From: an uncultured Planctomycetota bacterium
GTDB lineage: Bacteria; Planctomycetota; JBBTDB01
Reading direction: 5' to 3'
NCBI GenBank assembly: GCA_964530615.1
Contig: CAZHAR010000010.1
Coordinates: 17,151-81,150 of the forward strand
DNA length: 64,000 nucleotides
In this document: positions 29,439 to 38,984 of the stretch, piece after piece
Numbering within the stretch: the first letter of the stretch is position 1
Layout: each line of letters starts with the position of its first letter
Program-made: the position numbers and the translations under genes
Notes under the pieces: model-generated
The model's database searches: none
What the model was told of the DNA's origin: nothing
What the model saw: the letters and a program-made list of their open reading frames with translations, nothing else

Positions 29439-30812
29439 CTCTTCCGTCAAAGGCTTTAGAGAAATTTTCAATCCAACATCTAAAAAGTCTCCTGACGGGG
29501 CATCAATCTTCCCCCCATCATCGATAGTATTCAGCCCATTGCTATAAATTAAAATGGCCTCTGGGGTGAGTGAATAATGTAAATCCTGTTGCGTTGACGG
29601 ATCGCAAGGAACGTCTAAAAATTCACCTTTTAATGCTTCCAAATTTTCTGGATAATGGCTTTTTTTATAATGAAACTGACGAACTTGCAAATAAAGAGAC
29701 AGACAACAAATACTCATTTGGTTTTGCTTAATACGAGGCCAAATATCAGAAATGCTCCCGTAAATCATTGAATTTAGCGGAGTTTCAAAAGGAAGTTTTG
29801 TCGTTGTATCATAAACCTGATTCAGTGCGCTTTCAAGCTCGACATCCGATTTTTTATACTGTTGCATCAAATTAATACTGTTTTTGTAATAGAGACAGCG
29901 ATCCTTGTATTTGGTTGAATCCAGTGCCATACTGACCTTTATATTATCCCAGAATTTATCTTGAGATAAAGGAGATTCAAGGAGCTTCATCACCTTTTCA
30001 GTTGAATATTCCCCTGTTTTCCAACGTTCTAAAAGAAAAGATCCGCAGTAAATTTCACCTTTCAAACCTCTAAAAAACATCTCTTGCGGATTGATTTTTT
30101 TCAATTGTTGCATTAATTGTTCTTCAAGTTTTTGATGATAAGGACTTTGGCTCAAAATTAAGGATGCGGCCTCAATACCCAAGCTTCGTATGGGTAAAGA
30201 AACAAGAACCGATAATATTACATAATCTTCGTCCAAAGGTTGAGTCAAGCGAAATATCTGATCTACCGTTTGAAGACTCGCTTCATAATTTTTCTCATCG
30301 AGTTGAAAGAACGCTTTACAAATCAATAACCGTGCGAGCGTTTTTAAGTTAAAAAGATGAGGCATTTCCATCTCAGATAAATCCTCATATTTTAAAGGAA
30401 AAACGGTTCTTTCTTTCGTGGTTGCTTGCGAAAGCAACTCGAAAAGAGGAGCAAATTGGTTCAATTCTTCACGAATTTTCTTTTCGTCAAGCGGTTCTTC
30501 TAGGACAGTCGTATCAAATGTTCCAAGCCTAAAATCCACATAGTAGTCGAGGTTTTCGGAAACCGGAGTTTTGTCAAGCAAAGCAAATATTTGCGCATAA
30601 AGGTCTTTCCCATTTTGTTCGGGTGGAACCTCTGGAGCAGTTAACGGTTTTTCTAAAGAAAGGCCCGCTTTTAAAGCGACTTCTTTAAGTTGGGTTAATA
30701 ATTGGTCTCCTTTTCGCTCTTCTTCCCATTGAGCGTGTTTATAAGACCAGAAGGCCACAAGAATAGCAATGCAAATGAGAAGTATTAATGCTAAAAAAAT
30801 TTTCTTAAACAT
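29430..30812 (-). CDS. Membrane-anchored hypothetical protein
   Basis: 460 aa with an N-terminal TM helix (IFLALILLICIAILVAFW). No family is recognised. Confidence 0.45.
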   Translation of the reverse strand: MFKKIFLALILLICIAILVAFWSYKHAQWEEERKGDQLLTQLKEVALKAGLSLEKPLTAPEVPPEQNGKDLYAQIFALLDKTPVSENLDYYVDFRLGTFDTTVLEEPLDEKKIREELNQFAPLFELLSQATTKERTVFPLKYEDLSEMEMPHLFNLKTLARLLICKAFFQLDEKNYEASLQTVDQIFRLTQPLDEDYVILSVLVSLPIRSLGIEAASLILSQSPYHQKLEEQLMQQLKKINPQEMFFRGLKGEIYCGSFLLERWKTGEYSTEKVMKLLESPLSQDKFWDNIKVSMALDSTKYKDRCLYYKNSINLMQQYKKSDVELESALNQVYDTTTKLPFETPLNSMIYGSISDIWPRIKQNQMSICCLSLYLQVRQFHYKKSHYPENLEALKGEFLDVPCDPSTQQDLHYSLTPEAILIYSNGLNTIDDGGKIDAPSGDFLDVGLKISLKPLTEEKK

Positions 30813-31097
30813 TTTAAACCTATTACTTAATCGAAAAGAATTTATTTTTTTTTGATCTTTTAAGAATAAAATCGATTATAATACATCCGCAATAAATTCG
30901 GAAGTCCATCCTTCCAGCTACAGAACGTTGGATTTTGAATGCGGAGAACCTTTTTGGGAAGTTACACTTTTTAAAATCAGGAACTCCACGAAAATCTCAA
31001 TCTTCCATCACGGACTGTATTCGAAAATTTATCGCGATTTCAAGGGGTGCGGCCCTTTGAAATAACAGATTTTAAATCTGTCGAACGAAAGTTCACC

Positions 31098-31122
31098 TTG
31101 GGTTCGATTCCCAAATCCATTA
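31098..31122 (+). other. tRNA-like T-arm plus 3-prime acceptor fragment inside a 620-nt non-coding region
   Basis: TTGGG-TTCGATT-CCCAA forms a perfect 5-bp T-stem with the canonical GTTCGAtTCC loop, followed by ATCCATT. No D-arm or anticodon arm can be folded upstream, so this is not a complete tRNA. Confidence 0.3.
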
Positions 31123-31433
31123 AACTGGATAATTGGTTTATTAGACTGTTAGATTAAACAAAGAGAAGAAACCTGTTTAAAGAAAGTGGCTCCAAGGTTC
31201 GTCCTGGAACTGTTTTTTTTGAACAACAAAAAGGAGACTTGAGTCGATTTGGATACCGAAACGGACGCTTTAAATTTGCTGGAGTTGTTTTAGAACCGAG
31301 ATTAGGTCGCTCGAAAACCCTGCTAGAAATTTAGTGCCTCTCTTTCTTAAAAATGGACCCGTTGATTTTTTGGGGAGTTCTTCTCTACGTTTTTTTCTCA
31401 TTCCCATTTTTCTCCCAAAACTAGGTAAATTTT

Positions 31434-32567
31434 ATGATCCGTCGTATTTTTATTGGTAATCAAGAACGTGGTTTTTTATACCAATTCGCTAGTTTCTATA
31501 AGTACTTAACTCCCGGGAATCACTGGTTTTTTGATCCTTTTTATCGGATTCAAATCTTTAAAATTTCGACAAAAATTCCTAAATTAACCCATACCGATGC
31601 CCAGATCTTTCTAAAAAATCCCGATGTCCAAAAGGATTTGAAGCTAATAGAAATTCAGGATACACAATGCGGTTTTCTTTTTTTCGATGGACGATTTCAG
31701 GAAATTCTTGCTCCGGGAAAATATGGATTTTTCCAAGATATTTATAAAGTAGATGTCGAAATCATAGAGGTAAAAACTCCAGAATTCGAACATGAGAAGC
31801 TGGATATTATTTTAAACAGAGCCAACTATCAAAACTTTTTAGAAGTTTGCCAAGTGATTCAAAACCATGTTGCGTTAATGATCTTTAAAGGAAAATACAT
31901 CAAAACCTTATCTCCGGGAAGATATGTTTTCTGGCGCACTCTTGGAGAACTCAAATTTGTTCATGTTCGTATCGGAGATCAACAAATCGATATCTCGGGT
32001 CAAGAAATTATGACCCTAGATAAAGTGACGCTACGAATGAATGTTCATTGCACTTATCAGATCAATGATCCTGTAAAAACCGCGCTAGAAGTCGATCAGA
32101 GCCGAGATATCCTGTATCGGGAAATCCAGTTAATTTGCCGGCAAGAAGTTGCTAGCCGTAAACTGGATGATCTTTTAACAGAACGCGAAAAACTGGCAGA
32201 AGCGCTCCTTCAAGGCATTCAAGCAAGAGCATTAGAACTTGGCTACCGCGTAAAAAGTATTGGGTTAAGAGACATCATTTTGCCGGGAGAAATGAAAACC
32301 ATCTTGAATCAAGTCGTCGAAGCGGAAAAGAAAGCACAAGCCAATTTAATTCGCCACAGAGAAGAAACCTCCGCCACTCGTTCTTTGTTGAATACCGCAA
32401 AATTAATGGAAAACAATCCTATTTTGTTGCGTTTAAAAGAACTCGAAATTTTAACGGAAGTCGCTTCGCATATTGGTACTATCCAAGTTGTAGGCGGGTT
32501 GGGTGCTTTACTCAATCAGCTAAAAATTGAGGATATCCCACTCCTTCCGAAAAAAGAAATTCCGTAG
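31434..32567 (+). CDS. SPFH/band-7 (stomatin/HflC-like) domain protein with an N-terminal extension
   Basis: The C-terminal ~200 aa show the SPFH signature (...ILPGEMKTILNQVVEAEKKAQANLIRHREETSATRSLLNTAKLMENNPILLRLKELE...). Confidence 0.6.
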   Translation: MIRRIFIGNQERGFLYQFASFYKYLTPGNHWFFDPFYRIQIFKISTKIPKLTHTDAQIFLKNPDVQKDLKLIEIQDTQCGFLFFDGRFQEILAPGKYGFFQDIYKVDVEIIEVKTPEFEHEKLDIILNRANYQNFLEVCQVIQNHVALMIFKGKYIKTLSPGRYVFWRTLGELKFVHVRIGDQQIDISGQEIMTLDKVTLRMNVHCTYQINDPVKTALEVDQSRDILYREIQLICRQEVASRKLDDLLTEREKLAEALLQGIQARALELGYRVKSIGLRDIILPGEMKTILNQVVEAEKKAQANLIRHREETSATRSLLNTAKLMENNPILLRLKELEILTEVASHIGTIQVVGGLGALLNQLKIEDIPLLPKKEIP

Positions 32568-32593
32568 TCCATTCTGGAGGGGTAATTCACGAA

Positions 32594-33721
32594 TTACCCC
32601 ATTTTACTTTTTTCTGGAAACAGCTTTAAAATCGAATTTTCGTCCGCCTTGCAAATCCCTCGTTCTGTAATGAGGCCGGTAATCAATCGAGCGGGGGTCA
32701 CATCAAAACCATAATTAAGCACTGGACTTGTCGCTGGAGTGATTTGAACCTTTCCGAGCGTCCCTTCGGGTAAAAGCCCTTCAATCCAACGAACTTCTTC
32801 AGCGCACCGCTCTTCAATAGGAATTTCTCGAATTCCGTCTCGTTTTTCCCAATCGAACGTCGAGGAGGGAAAGGCGACATAGAAAGGGACCCTGTTATCC
32901 TGAGCCGCTAAGGCTTTTAAATAGGTCCCTATTTTATTAGCGACATCGCCGGTACGTGTCACACGATCGGCTCCGGTAAAAACTAAATCGACGCGATGGT
33001 GTTGCATTAAATGTCCGCCCGTATTATCCACAATGATCGTATGAGGAATACCTTGTTGATGAAGTTCCCAGGCGGTTAAACTACTTCCCTGACAGCGCGG
33101 ACGCGTTTCATCGACCCACACATGAACAGGAATTTTCTCCTGAAATGCCTGATAAATTGGGCTTGTCGCTGTACCATATTCGACAAACGCGAGCCAACCC
33201 GCATTACAGTGCGTTAGAATATGAACGGGTCCTTGTTTTTTTTTGGCAATCTGACGAATCAGTTCGACTCCGTATTCGCCAATTTTTTTGCAAGCGTGGA
33301 CATCTTCTTCAGCGATTTGGAGGGCCATCCCTTTGGATGCTTTGACCCGTTCTTCTAATGAAGTAATCGGTTTTAGATGTTCCAGTTGACGATACACGGC
33401 CCACGCCAAATTAACCGCCGTAGGACGAGTCGCTATCAATTGCTGTCCCCAAGTCTCCAGAAATGAAAACGCTGAAATCTTTTGTTTATATGCCTCAAGT
33501 GTCGCTAGATACATTCCAAATCCGGCAGTCACTCCAATGAGTCCAGCCCCTCGCACTTTCATTTGTTGTATCGCCTGAACTGTTTCCGCCACCGTATAAA
33601 GAGGCATTTTTAGATCCTCTACCGGAAGATGAGGCAATTTTGTCTGATCCAGAATCCAAACAACATTTTCCGCTTGAGGCGCTAACCAAATGGTTCTTAA
33701 GATAGTTTTTGTTTTTTTCAT
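32594..33721 (-). CDS. mtnA: S-methyl-5-thioribose-1-phosphate isomerase (MtnA / eIF-2B alpha-beta-delta family)
   Basis: ILDQTKLP...VRGAGLIGVTAGFG...HCNAGWLA...CDTRP... follows the family pattern. The start is taken at MKKTKTI, the ATG at 33721. Confidence 0.75.
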   Translation of the reverse strand: MKKTKTILRTIWLAPQAENVVWILDQTKLPHLPVEDLKMPLYTVAETVQAIQQMKVRGAGLIGVTAGFGMYLATLEAYKQKISAFSFLETWGQQLIATRPTAVNLAWAVYRQLEHLKPITSLEERVKASKGMALQIAEEDVHACKKIGEYGVELIRQIAKKKQGPVHILTHCNAGWLAFVEYGTATSPIYQAFQEKIPVHVWVDETRPRCQGSSLTAWELHQQGIPHTIIVDNTGGHLMQHHRVDLVFTGADRVTRTGDVANKIGTYLKALAAQDNRVPFYVAFPSSTFDWEKRDGIREIPIEERCAEEVRWIEGLLPEGTLGKVQITPATSPVLNYGFDVTPARLITGLITERGICKADENSILKLFPEKSKMG

Positions 33722-33867
33722 AAAAAACTCGTTTCTCTGAGTTTGACTCCTCAAAAATCCGTTCTTAGAATACTTTAAATTTGTTGTTTTCTCAAATTCG
33801 TTTCACATATGCTCGCAGAACAAAAAAGATTTTAAGTATTTTTTCGTCGGTTTTATGGAGCTTTATT

Positions 33868-34818
33868 ATGCACATTAAAAAACTTCTCCTCCTTTTGATT
33901 CTTTTTTCGACCGCAAATTGGGCCGAAAATTTCATTCTTCACTCTGGAACTTGTATTCAGGGAACCGTCATTAAAGAAACAGAATTTTCGATCTTTATTG
34001 ATTTAGGATATACCGTTTTCGAGCTTCCTAAAAAAGAAATTGCGCAAAGGATCGAAGAAGAAAAATCAACGACTCTTCAAACCAATGAAACCGTTTCGGA
34101 GCAAGGGCTATACACCGAAAAAGAGTTTCCAGCTTCTTCAATCCAGAAATTGGTTCAAGAACATGGAAGCGGAGTCGTAAAAATTATGTCTCCGGGAGGG
34201 CTAGGATCAGGCTGGATTATTCATCCAGACGGTTATGTGATCACGAATCAGCATGTCATTACAGGAGAACGATTACTCTCCGTTACCGTTTACGAAAAAG
34301 GAGAAAAAGGACTTGTCACCGAAAAATTTGATCAGATTAAAATTATCGCCATGAATCCCGGTTTTGACTTGGCTCTTCTAAAAATAGAGCCTCCGAAACC
34401 TCGAAAATTCGCCTATGTTTATTTAGCGCCTTACGACCTCTTAAAAGAAGGAGATACGGTGTTTGCGATTGGAGCCCCGCTTGGGCTTGATCGTTCCGTT
34501 TCTCAAGGAATTGTCTCTAATCGAAGTCGAAACGTAGATGATAAGCTTTATATTCAAACCACGACCGCAATCAATCCCGGAAATTCGGGGGGGCCCTTAT
34601 TCAATCTTAAGGGTCAAGTGATTGGGGTCACGAATATGAAAATGGGTGGCTTCATGATCGAAGGCTTAGGGTATGCCATTCCAGTACGTTATGTTAAAGA
34701 ATTTTTACTCCATCGGGATTCTTATGCCTTTGATAAGCAATCGCCCAACGCGGGATATCGTTACCTTCCTCCTCCTAAAAAAGGAGAACCGGAATTGGCC
34801 GAACTGTCTAAAGAATAA
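33868..34818 (+). CDS. Secreted trypsin-like serine protease (S1C, HtrA/Do-like catalytic domain, no obvious PDZ)
   Basis: A signal peptide is followed by ITNQHVI (His), DLALLKI (Asp) and NPGNSGGPLFN (Ser), which are the catalytic triad motifs. Confidence 0.7.
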   Translation: MHIKKLLLLLILFSTANWAENFILHSGTCIQGTVIKETEFSIFIDLGYTVFELPKKEIAQRIEEEKSTTLQTNETVSEQGLYTEKEFPASSIQKLVQEHGSGVVKIMSPGGLGSGWIIHPDGYVITNQHVITGERLLSVTVYEKGEKGLVTEKFDQIKIIAMNPGFDLALLKIEPPKPRKFAYVYLAPYDLLKEGDTVFAIGAPLGLDRSVSQGIVSNRSRNVDDKLYIQTTTAINPGNSGGPLFNLKGQVIGVTNMKMGGFMIEGLGYAIPVRYVKEFLLHRDSYAFDKQSPNAGYRYLPPPKKGEPELAELSKE

Positions 34819-34868
34819 TGTGTTTTCAAAATATTTTTTCTTTATTTTAAAAAGGTAAAGGAGCATTC

Positions 34869-36593
34869 ATGATCTCTCGTATTATTTTAAGTGTTGCATT
34901 ATTAACCCTATTCAACAATTTTTTGGTTGCGCAAATTCGTATTGAATCCATGATCTCAGATCGGACGATTGCTTACTGGACCCTTAATCATTTGAACGAT
35001 TTGAAGAAAATGGCCAGCACACACCCACTGCTCAAAGTGGTTTATGAATCTTGGTTTCAGACCCTCATTCAGGGACCGATTCAAAAATTCGATCAGGAAT
35101 TTTACTCCAAAATACAACCTCAAATTGGACTCTCGATGGAGGAATTTTTCTCGATTCCGTCAGGCCAAATCTCTCTTGTCTGGCACGATTTTTCTTATCA
35201 ATCCGGCATGAGCGCTGGACCTGAACATATCTCGGCCAGTGTGGTTCTAGAATTTTCGCCCGACTATGCAAAAAAAGTTCAGGAACTCTTGGATAAACTC
35301 GCCAACTTTATTGATGAAAATGTTCGCAAATCCGGAGAAGAACTTGTCACTAATGAATCTCAAATTTATGGCGGAAAAATAGTGGAGTTTTCCTTTGTTC
35401 AAAATGATGGGGCTCCGCGAGCAGAAAAAATATATTACGGAATTCATCAAAATTATTTGATCTTGGGACTTCAAAATAAAGAAGCGTTAGAAATGATGTT
35501 TCAAGCTTTATCTGGAAAAACTCTTTCTAATTCCTTAGTTCAAAGCGATATTGCAAAAGAAAGTGTTTCGCTCCTTCCTAAAAATTCATTTACTCGTGGA
35601 TTTGTAAACTTGCGCCGAGTGTATGATATCATTTTAATGTCTGTAGGCGAGATGGCTCCTATGGTGGAAATGTACGCGCCTATTTTGGGGCTTCATAATC
35701 TGAATAGCGCTAGCTTCGCACTCACCGCCCAAGAAGAGATGCTAGAAACGACCATTTTCGTGAGTTGCCCCGGAGAGAAACAAGGCGTGATGAAATTTTT
35801 AGACGTGAAACCCGGAGATCTCACTCCACAAAATTTCGTGAGCAATCAGATCATGTCTTATATGACTTGCTATTACAGTCTAACCGAACTCTATCGAGAG
35901 ATCCTCAAAAAAGTCGGAGAAATCGATCCCAATACCTTAGCCCAATTGGAAGCCGGACTGCAACAAATTAAAGAAGCCTCACAAATGGATATTGAGCAAG
36001 ATATTTTGGGCTCTTTAGGACAACGCTTTAGCCTGATTCTTTACGGGATGTTGAATAAAGAGATGCCGGATATGGTGGTTTTAATGGAAGTTGCCAATAT
36101 GGAGAAATTTATTCGCGCTCGAGAACTTCTCTTGCAAATGATCGGTGCGGACAGCCTTTTTCTTCAGGAAGAATATTTAGGAAAAACCTTATGGACCCTT
36201 AAACCGGAAATGATGCCGGCTCCGTTAAGTCCTTGTTTTATGACAGATAATAATCTTTTTTGTGTGAGTTTAACCCAAAACTCGCTTAAGAATTTTATTC
36301 GTCAATCTAATGAACAGAGCGCTCTGATCACGGAATTACCCGCTTATCAAAAATTGCTGACCTATCAGATTCCTCATGCTGGAATGTTAATTTTTTCTAA
36401 TGCCACGAGTGAAGAATATTGGCAGGGAATTCTTAATGCTTCGGAACCCTCACAATTTGAACAGTTCGGAATCAATGTCTCCCAACTTCCTGATTATGCC
36501 CAAATTCGACCCTATTTACCTTCAAACTTGATGACCTATCGTTGTGATGAACACGGTTTTTTCATTCGTAGTCTTTATCTGCCACAGAAATAA
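34869..36593 (+). CDS. Secreted hypothetical protein
   Basis: 574 aa with a signal peptide and no recognised family. Confidence 0.45.
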   Translation: MISRIILSVALLTLFNNFLVAQIRIESMISDRTIAYWTLNHLNDLKKMASTHPLLKVVYESWFQTLIQGPIQKFDQEFYSKIQPQIGLSMEEFFSIPSGQISLVWHDFSYQSGMSAGPEHISASVVLEFSPDYAKKVQELLDKLANFIDENVRKSGEELVTNESQIYGGKIVEFSFVQNDGAPRAEKIYYGIHQNYLILGLQNKEALEMMFQALSGKTLSNSLVQSDIAKESVSLLPKNSFTRGFVNLRRVYDIILMSVGEMAPMVEMYAPILGLHNLNSASFALTAQEEMLETTIFVSCPGEKQGVMKFLDVKPGDLTPQNFVSNQIMSYMTCYYSLTELYREILKKVGEIDPNTLAQLEAGLQQIKEASQMDIEQDILGSLGQRFSLILYGMLNKEMPDMVVLMEVANMEKFIRARELLLQMIGADSLFLQEEYLGKTLWTLKPEMMPAPLSPCFMTDNNLFCVSLTQNSLKNFIRQSNEQSALITELPAYQKLLTYQIPHAGMLIFSNATSEEYWQGILNASEPSQFEQFGINVSQLPDYAQIRPYLPSNLMTYRCDEHGFFIRSLYLPQK

Positions 36594-36618
36594 AAAATCG
36601 ATATTTCTATTCTATGAT

Positions 36619-36641
36619 GGGCGTATGCCATACGCCCCTAC
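36619..36641. terminator. Perfect 19-nt GC-rich palindrome (GGGCGTATGcCATACGCCC) followed by CTAC, between tandem plus-strand genes
   Basis: The palindrome is directly visible. It shares the GCCCCTAC end with the repeat at 29391 and 63661. Confidence 0.45.
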
Positions 36642-36686
36642 TAAATATCTCCGAATCCTACATTTTCCCTTTAATTTGAGGTCCTC

Positions 36687-38978
36687 GTGATTTATAGAAA
36701 TTTTATTTTCTGTTGCATTATTACGCTCCTGTGTCCTTTTTCGGCTCAATCTCCAGAAGACAAAAGCGCATTGTCTTACGGATTTTCCGGGATGGAAATC
36801 TATAAATTTTCATATGATACCCATCTCCTAAAACCCATTGATATGAACGGAGATCAGTTGACCGATCTGGTTCTAGTCGACAATAAAAAAGCTAAAATTG
36901 AATTTTTAATCCAAACTCGTGAAAAACTTCCTCCTAAAAACGAAACCTCTAAACCTTTGAATGAACGTGACCTTGAAGACAATTCGTTTCAGAGAAGCAG
37001 TTTTTATACTGAAAAATGGATACAGAGCATGGAAATTGGCGATCTAAATGGGGATCAGAAAAAAGATCTGCTGGTCACGGATGATAAAAAAAATGTCTGG
37101 CTCTATTTTCAAAAAAATAATCTTGATTTCACAGCACCCACCAAATTGGGAACCAAAGGAAAAGACGTTTTACTCTATGATTTCTCGAATGATGGACTCC
37201 TTGATATTTTGATCGCGAATGAAACGGAATTTTCTATTTTGAATCAACAAAAAGAGGGTCTATTCACGGACCCCACGACCTATCTCAATCTAAAGTTTTC
37301 TCAGTGTGTGCTTGCGGATATGAATGGGGATCAACAAATGGATCTGGTCTTTTTGAGAGATCATCCCGATCAACCTATTAGTATTCGCTTTATGAATAAT
37401 GCTCATCAATTTGGTCCTGAATGTGCCTTTGAAGCGGAAAGTATTCGTGATTTGCTCCCGATAAAAACGCCCTTCTCTTCCAATACGACCCTCCTTACAC
37501 TCAATGATAAAACGGCTTCTGTCAAACTTTATCAATATCAACGCACCGATCCCTCTCCTCAAAAACGTTTCCATTTTAGCGCTCTGCGCCTCTATCCTGT
37601 TTCGGGGAGCGCGAATCGAGAAGTCTCTCTGGTCAGTATCAATAACGATCCAACGGTGGAAATTTTGCTCAGCGATCCCGAAACTTCTCAAATCAACGTT
37701 TTTTTTCAAACTCAAGGAGAACTTGAGCCGAGCAAAAATTATCCTTCGTTACTCGCCTTGAATAGCCTTGCTCCGGGATATTATCGAGATCTCAAGAAGT
37801 GTGAACTTTTAATTACCAGCCAGAAAGAGCAAAGTCTTGGACTCTCTTCTTGGGAAGCCTCGGGTCGTTTAAGTTTTCCGGAACTCCTTCCGACACAAGG
37901 AAAAGTCGTGATCGCTACGTCCGCTTCCCTTCTCGGAGATGAACGCCATGAGATTGTTTATATTACAGAAGAAAACGCTCGTCAATATACAGTAAAAATA
38001 ATCAGCTTTGAAGAGAATAACTGGATCGAAAAAAGATCTCTGTCGCTTCCTTCAAATGAGAGCTCTGCTCGTCCCCGAGAAATCTTCGTCGAGGATGTCA
38101 ATCGAGATGGAAAACCCGATTTATTAGTCATTTGGCCATCAAAACCTTTAATGATTTTCCTAAATCAAGGAGATCTGAACTTTAAAAATATGTCCGAATT
38201 TCCAGAGTATCGTGAAGGCTTGATTTCAGATGTTGGCGTTGGCGCTCTCAGTTTGGAAGATCTAGATCAAGACGGTTTTAAAGAGATCCTCTTTTGCCAA
38301 CAAAACTTTGTTCGAGTGATTACCATTGATTCTCATCAGAAATTTCAAATTTTAGATCAACTCAACGGAAGTCAATCGACTTCGGAACTTTTAAGTGCCT
38401 GTCTTGGCGATTTTAACGGCGATCAGAAACGAGAGTTGGCGGTATTTAATAAGAGTACGAAATCCATTGACATCCTTGAAAAACAAGACAATGGGAGTTT
38501 TCGTTGCGTTAATGAAATTCCAGTCGGTGCCTTCCAGTTCCGAAAAATGATGGCAGTCGATCTTTCTGGAGATGGAAAAACCGATTTATTTCTCATGGGA
38601 AAAGATCAATTTGGTATTATTTTGGGAGAATCCTCTGAGGAAAAACTCATTTTAACGGATTCTCATATTTCAGAACTAAACAATGGAAACGCGCGATTTT
38701 CAACGGTTACGTCTGGAGATTTTAACCACGATCAACAACTCGATTTAGCCCTAGTGGAAATTTCTGAAAACTATATTGTTTTTTTAAATTGGAGCTTCGA
38801 ACAAAAATTACAGCATATCCGAAAATTTAGAGTGTTCCAAATCGATGGCCTCCATGGGCAAAGCGAGAAAAAATTAAATGAACCTCGAGAATTGGCCACT
38901 GGAGATTTTAACCACGATGGGAAAACCGATTTAGTGGCACTGATTCATGATCGAGTCATTTTCTATTTTCAAGATTAA
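36687..38978 (+). CDS. FG-GAP/VCBS repeat protein (integrin-alpha-like beta-propeller), secreted
   Basis: A signal peptide is followed by at least 10 calcium-binding-loop repeats, including DMNGDQLTDLVLVD, DLNGDQKKDLLVTD, DFSNDGLLDILIAN, DVNRDGKPDLLVIW, DLDQDGFKEILF, DFNGDQKRELAVF, DLSGDGKTDLFLMG, DFNHDQQLDLALV and DFNHDGKTDLVAL. Confidence 0.75.
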   Translation: MIYRNFIFCCIITLLCPFSAQSPEDKSALSYGFSGMEIYKFSYDTHLLKPIDMNGDQLTDLVLVDNKKAKIEFLIQTREKLPPKNETSKPLNERDLEDNSFQRSSFYTEKWIQSMEIGDLNGDQKKDLLVTDDKKNVWLYFQKNNLDFTAPTKLGTKGKDVLLYDFSNDGLLDILIANETEFSILNQQKEGLFTDPTTYLNLKFSQCVLADMNGDQQMDLVFLRDHPDQPISIRFMNNAHQFGPECAFEAESIRDLLPIKTPFSSNTTLLTLNDKTASVKLYQYQRTDPSPQKRFHFSALRLYPVSGSANREVSLVSINNDPTVEILLSDPETSQINVFFQTQGELEPSKNYPSLLALNSLAPGYYRDLKKCELLITSQKEQSLGLSSWEASGRLSFPELLPTQGKVVIATSASLLGDERHEIVYITEENARQYTVKIISFEENNWIEKRSLSLPSNESSARPREIFVEDVNRDGKPDLLVIWPSKPLMIFLNQGDLNFKNMSEFPEYREGLISDVGVGALSLEDLDQDGFKEILFCQQNFVRVITIDSHQKFQILDQLNGSQSTSELLSACLGDFNGDQKRELAVFNKSTKSIDILEKQDNGSFRCVNEIPVGAFQFRKMMAVDLSGDGKTDLFLMGKDQFGIILGESSEEKLILTDSHISELNNGNARFSTVTSGDFNHDQQLDLALVEISENYIVFLNWSFEQKLQHIRKFRVFQIDGLHGQSEKKLNEPRELATGDFNHDGKTDLVALIHDRVIFYFQD

Positions 38979-38984
38979 TTTATG

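Noticed and set aside
31000-31122. tmRNA (ssrA) or a complete tRNA gene at the T-arm motif
   Set aside because: tmRNA requires 5-prime GGGG pairing with a 3-prime ...CCACCA acceptor and a G-U at position 3. Here the acceptor-like strand is ATCCATT, and no complementary 5-prime strand, D-arm or anticodon arm could be folded in the upstream 80 nt. Only a T-arm plus partial acceptor is present.
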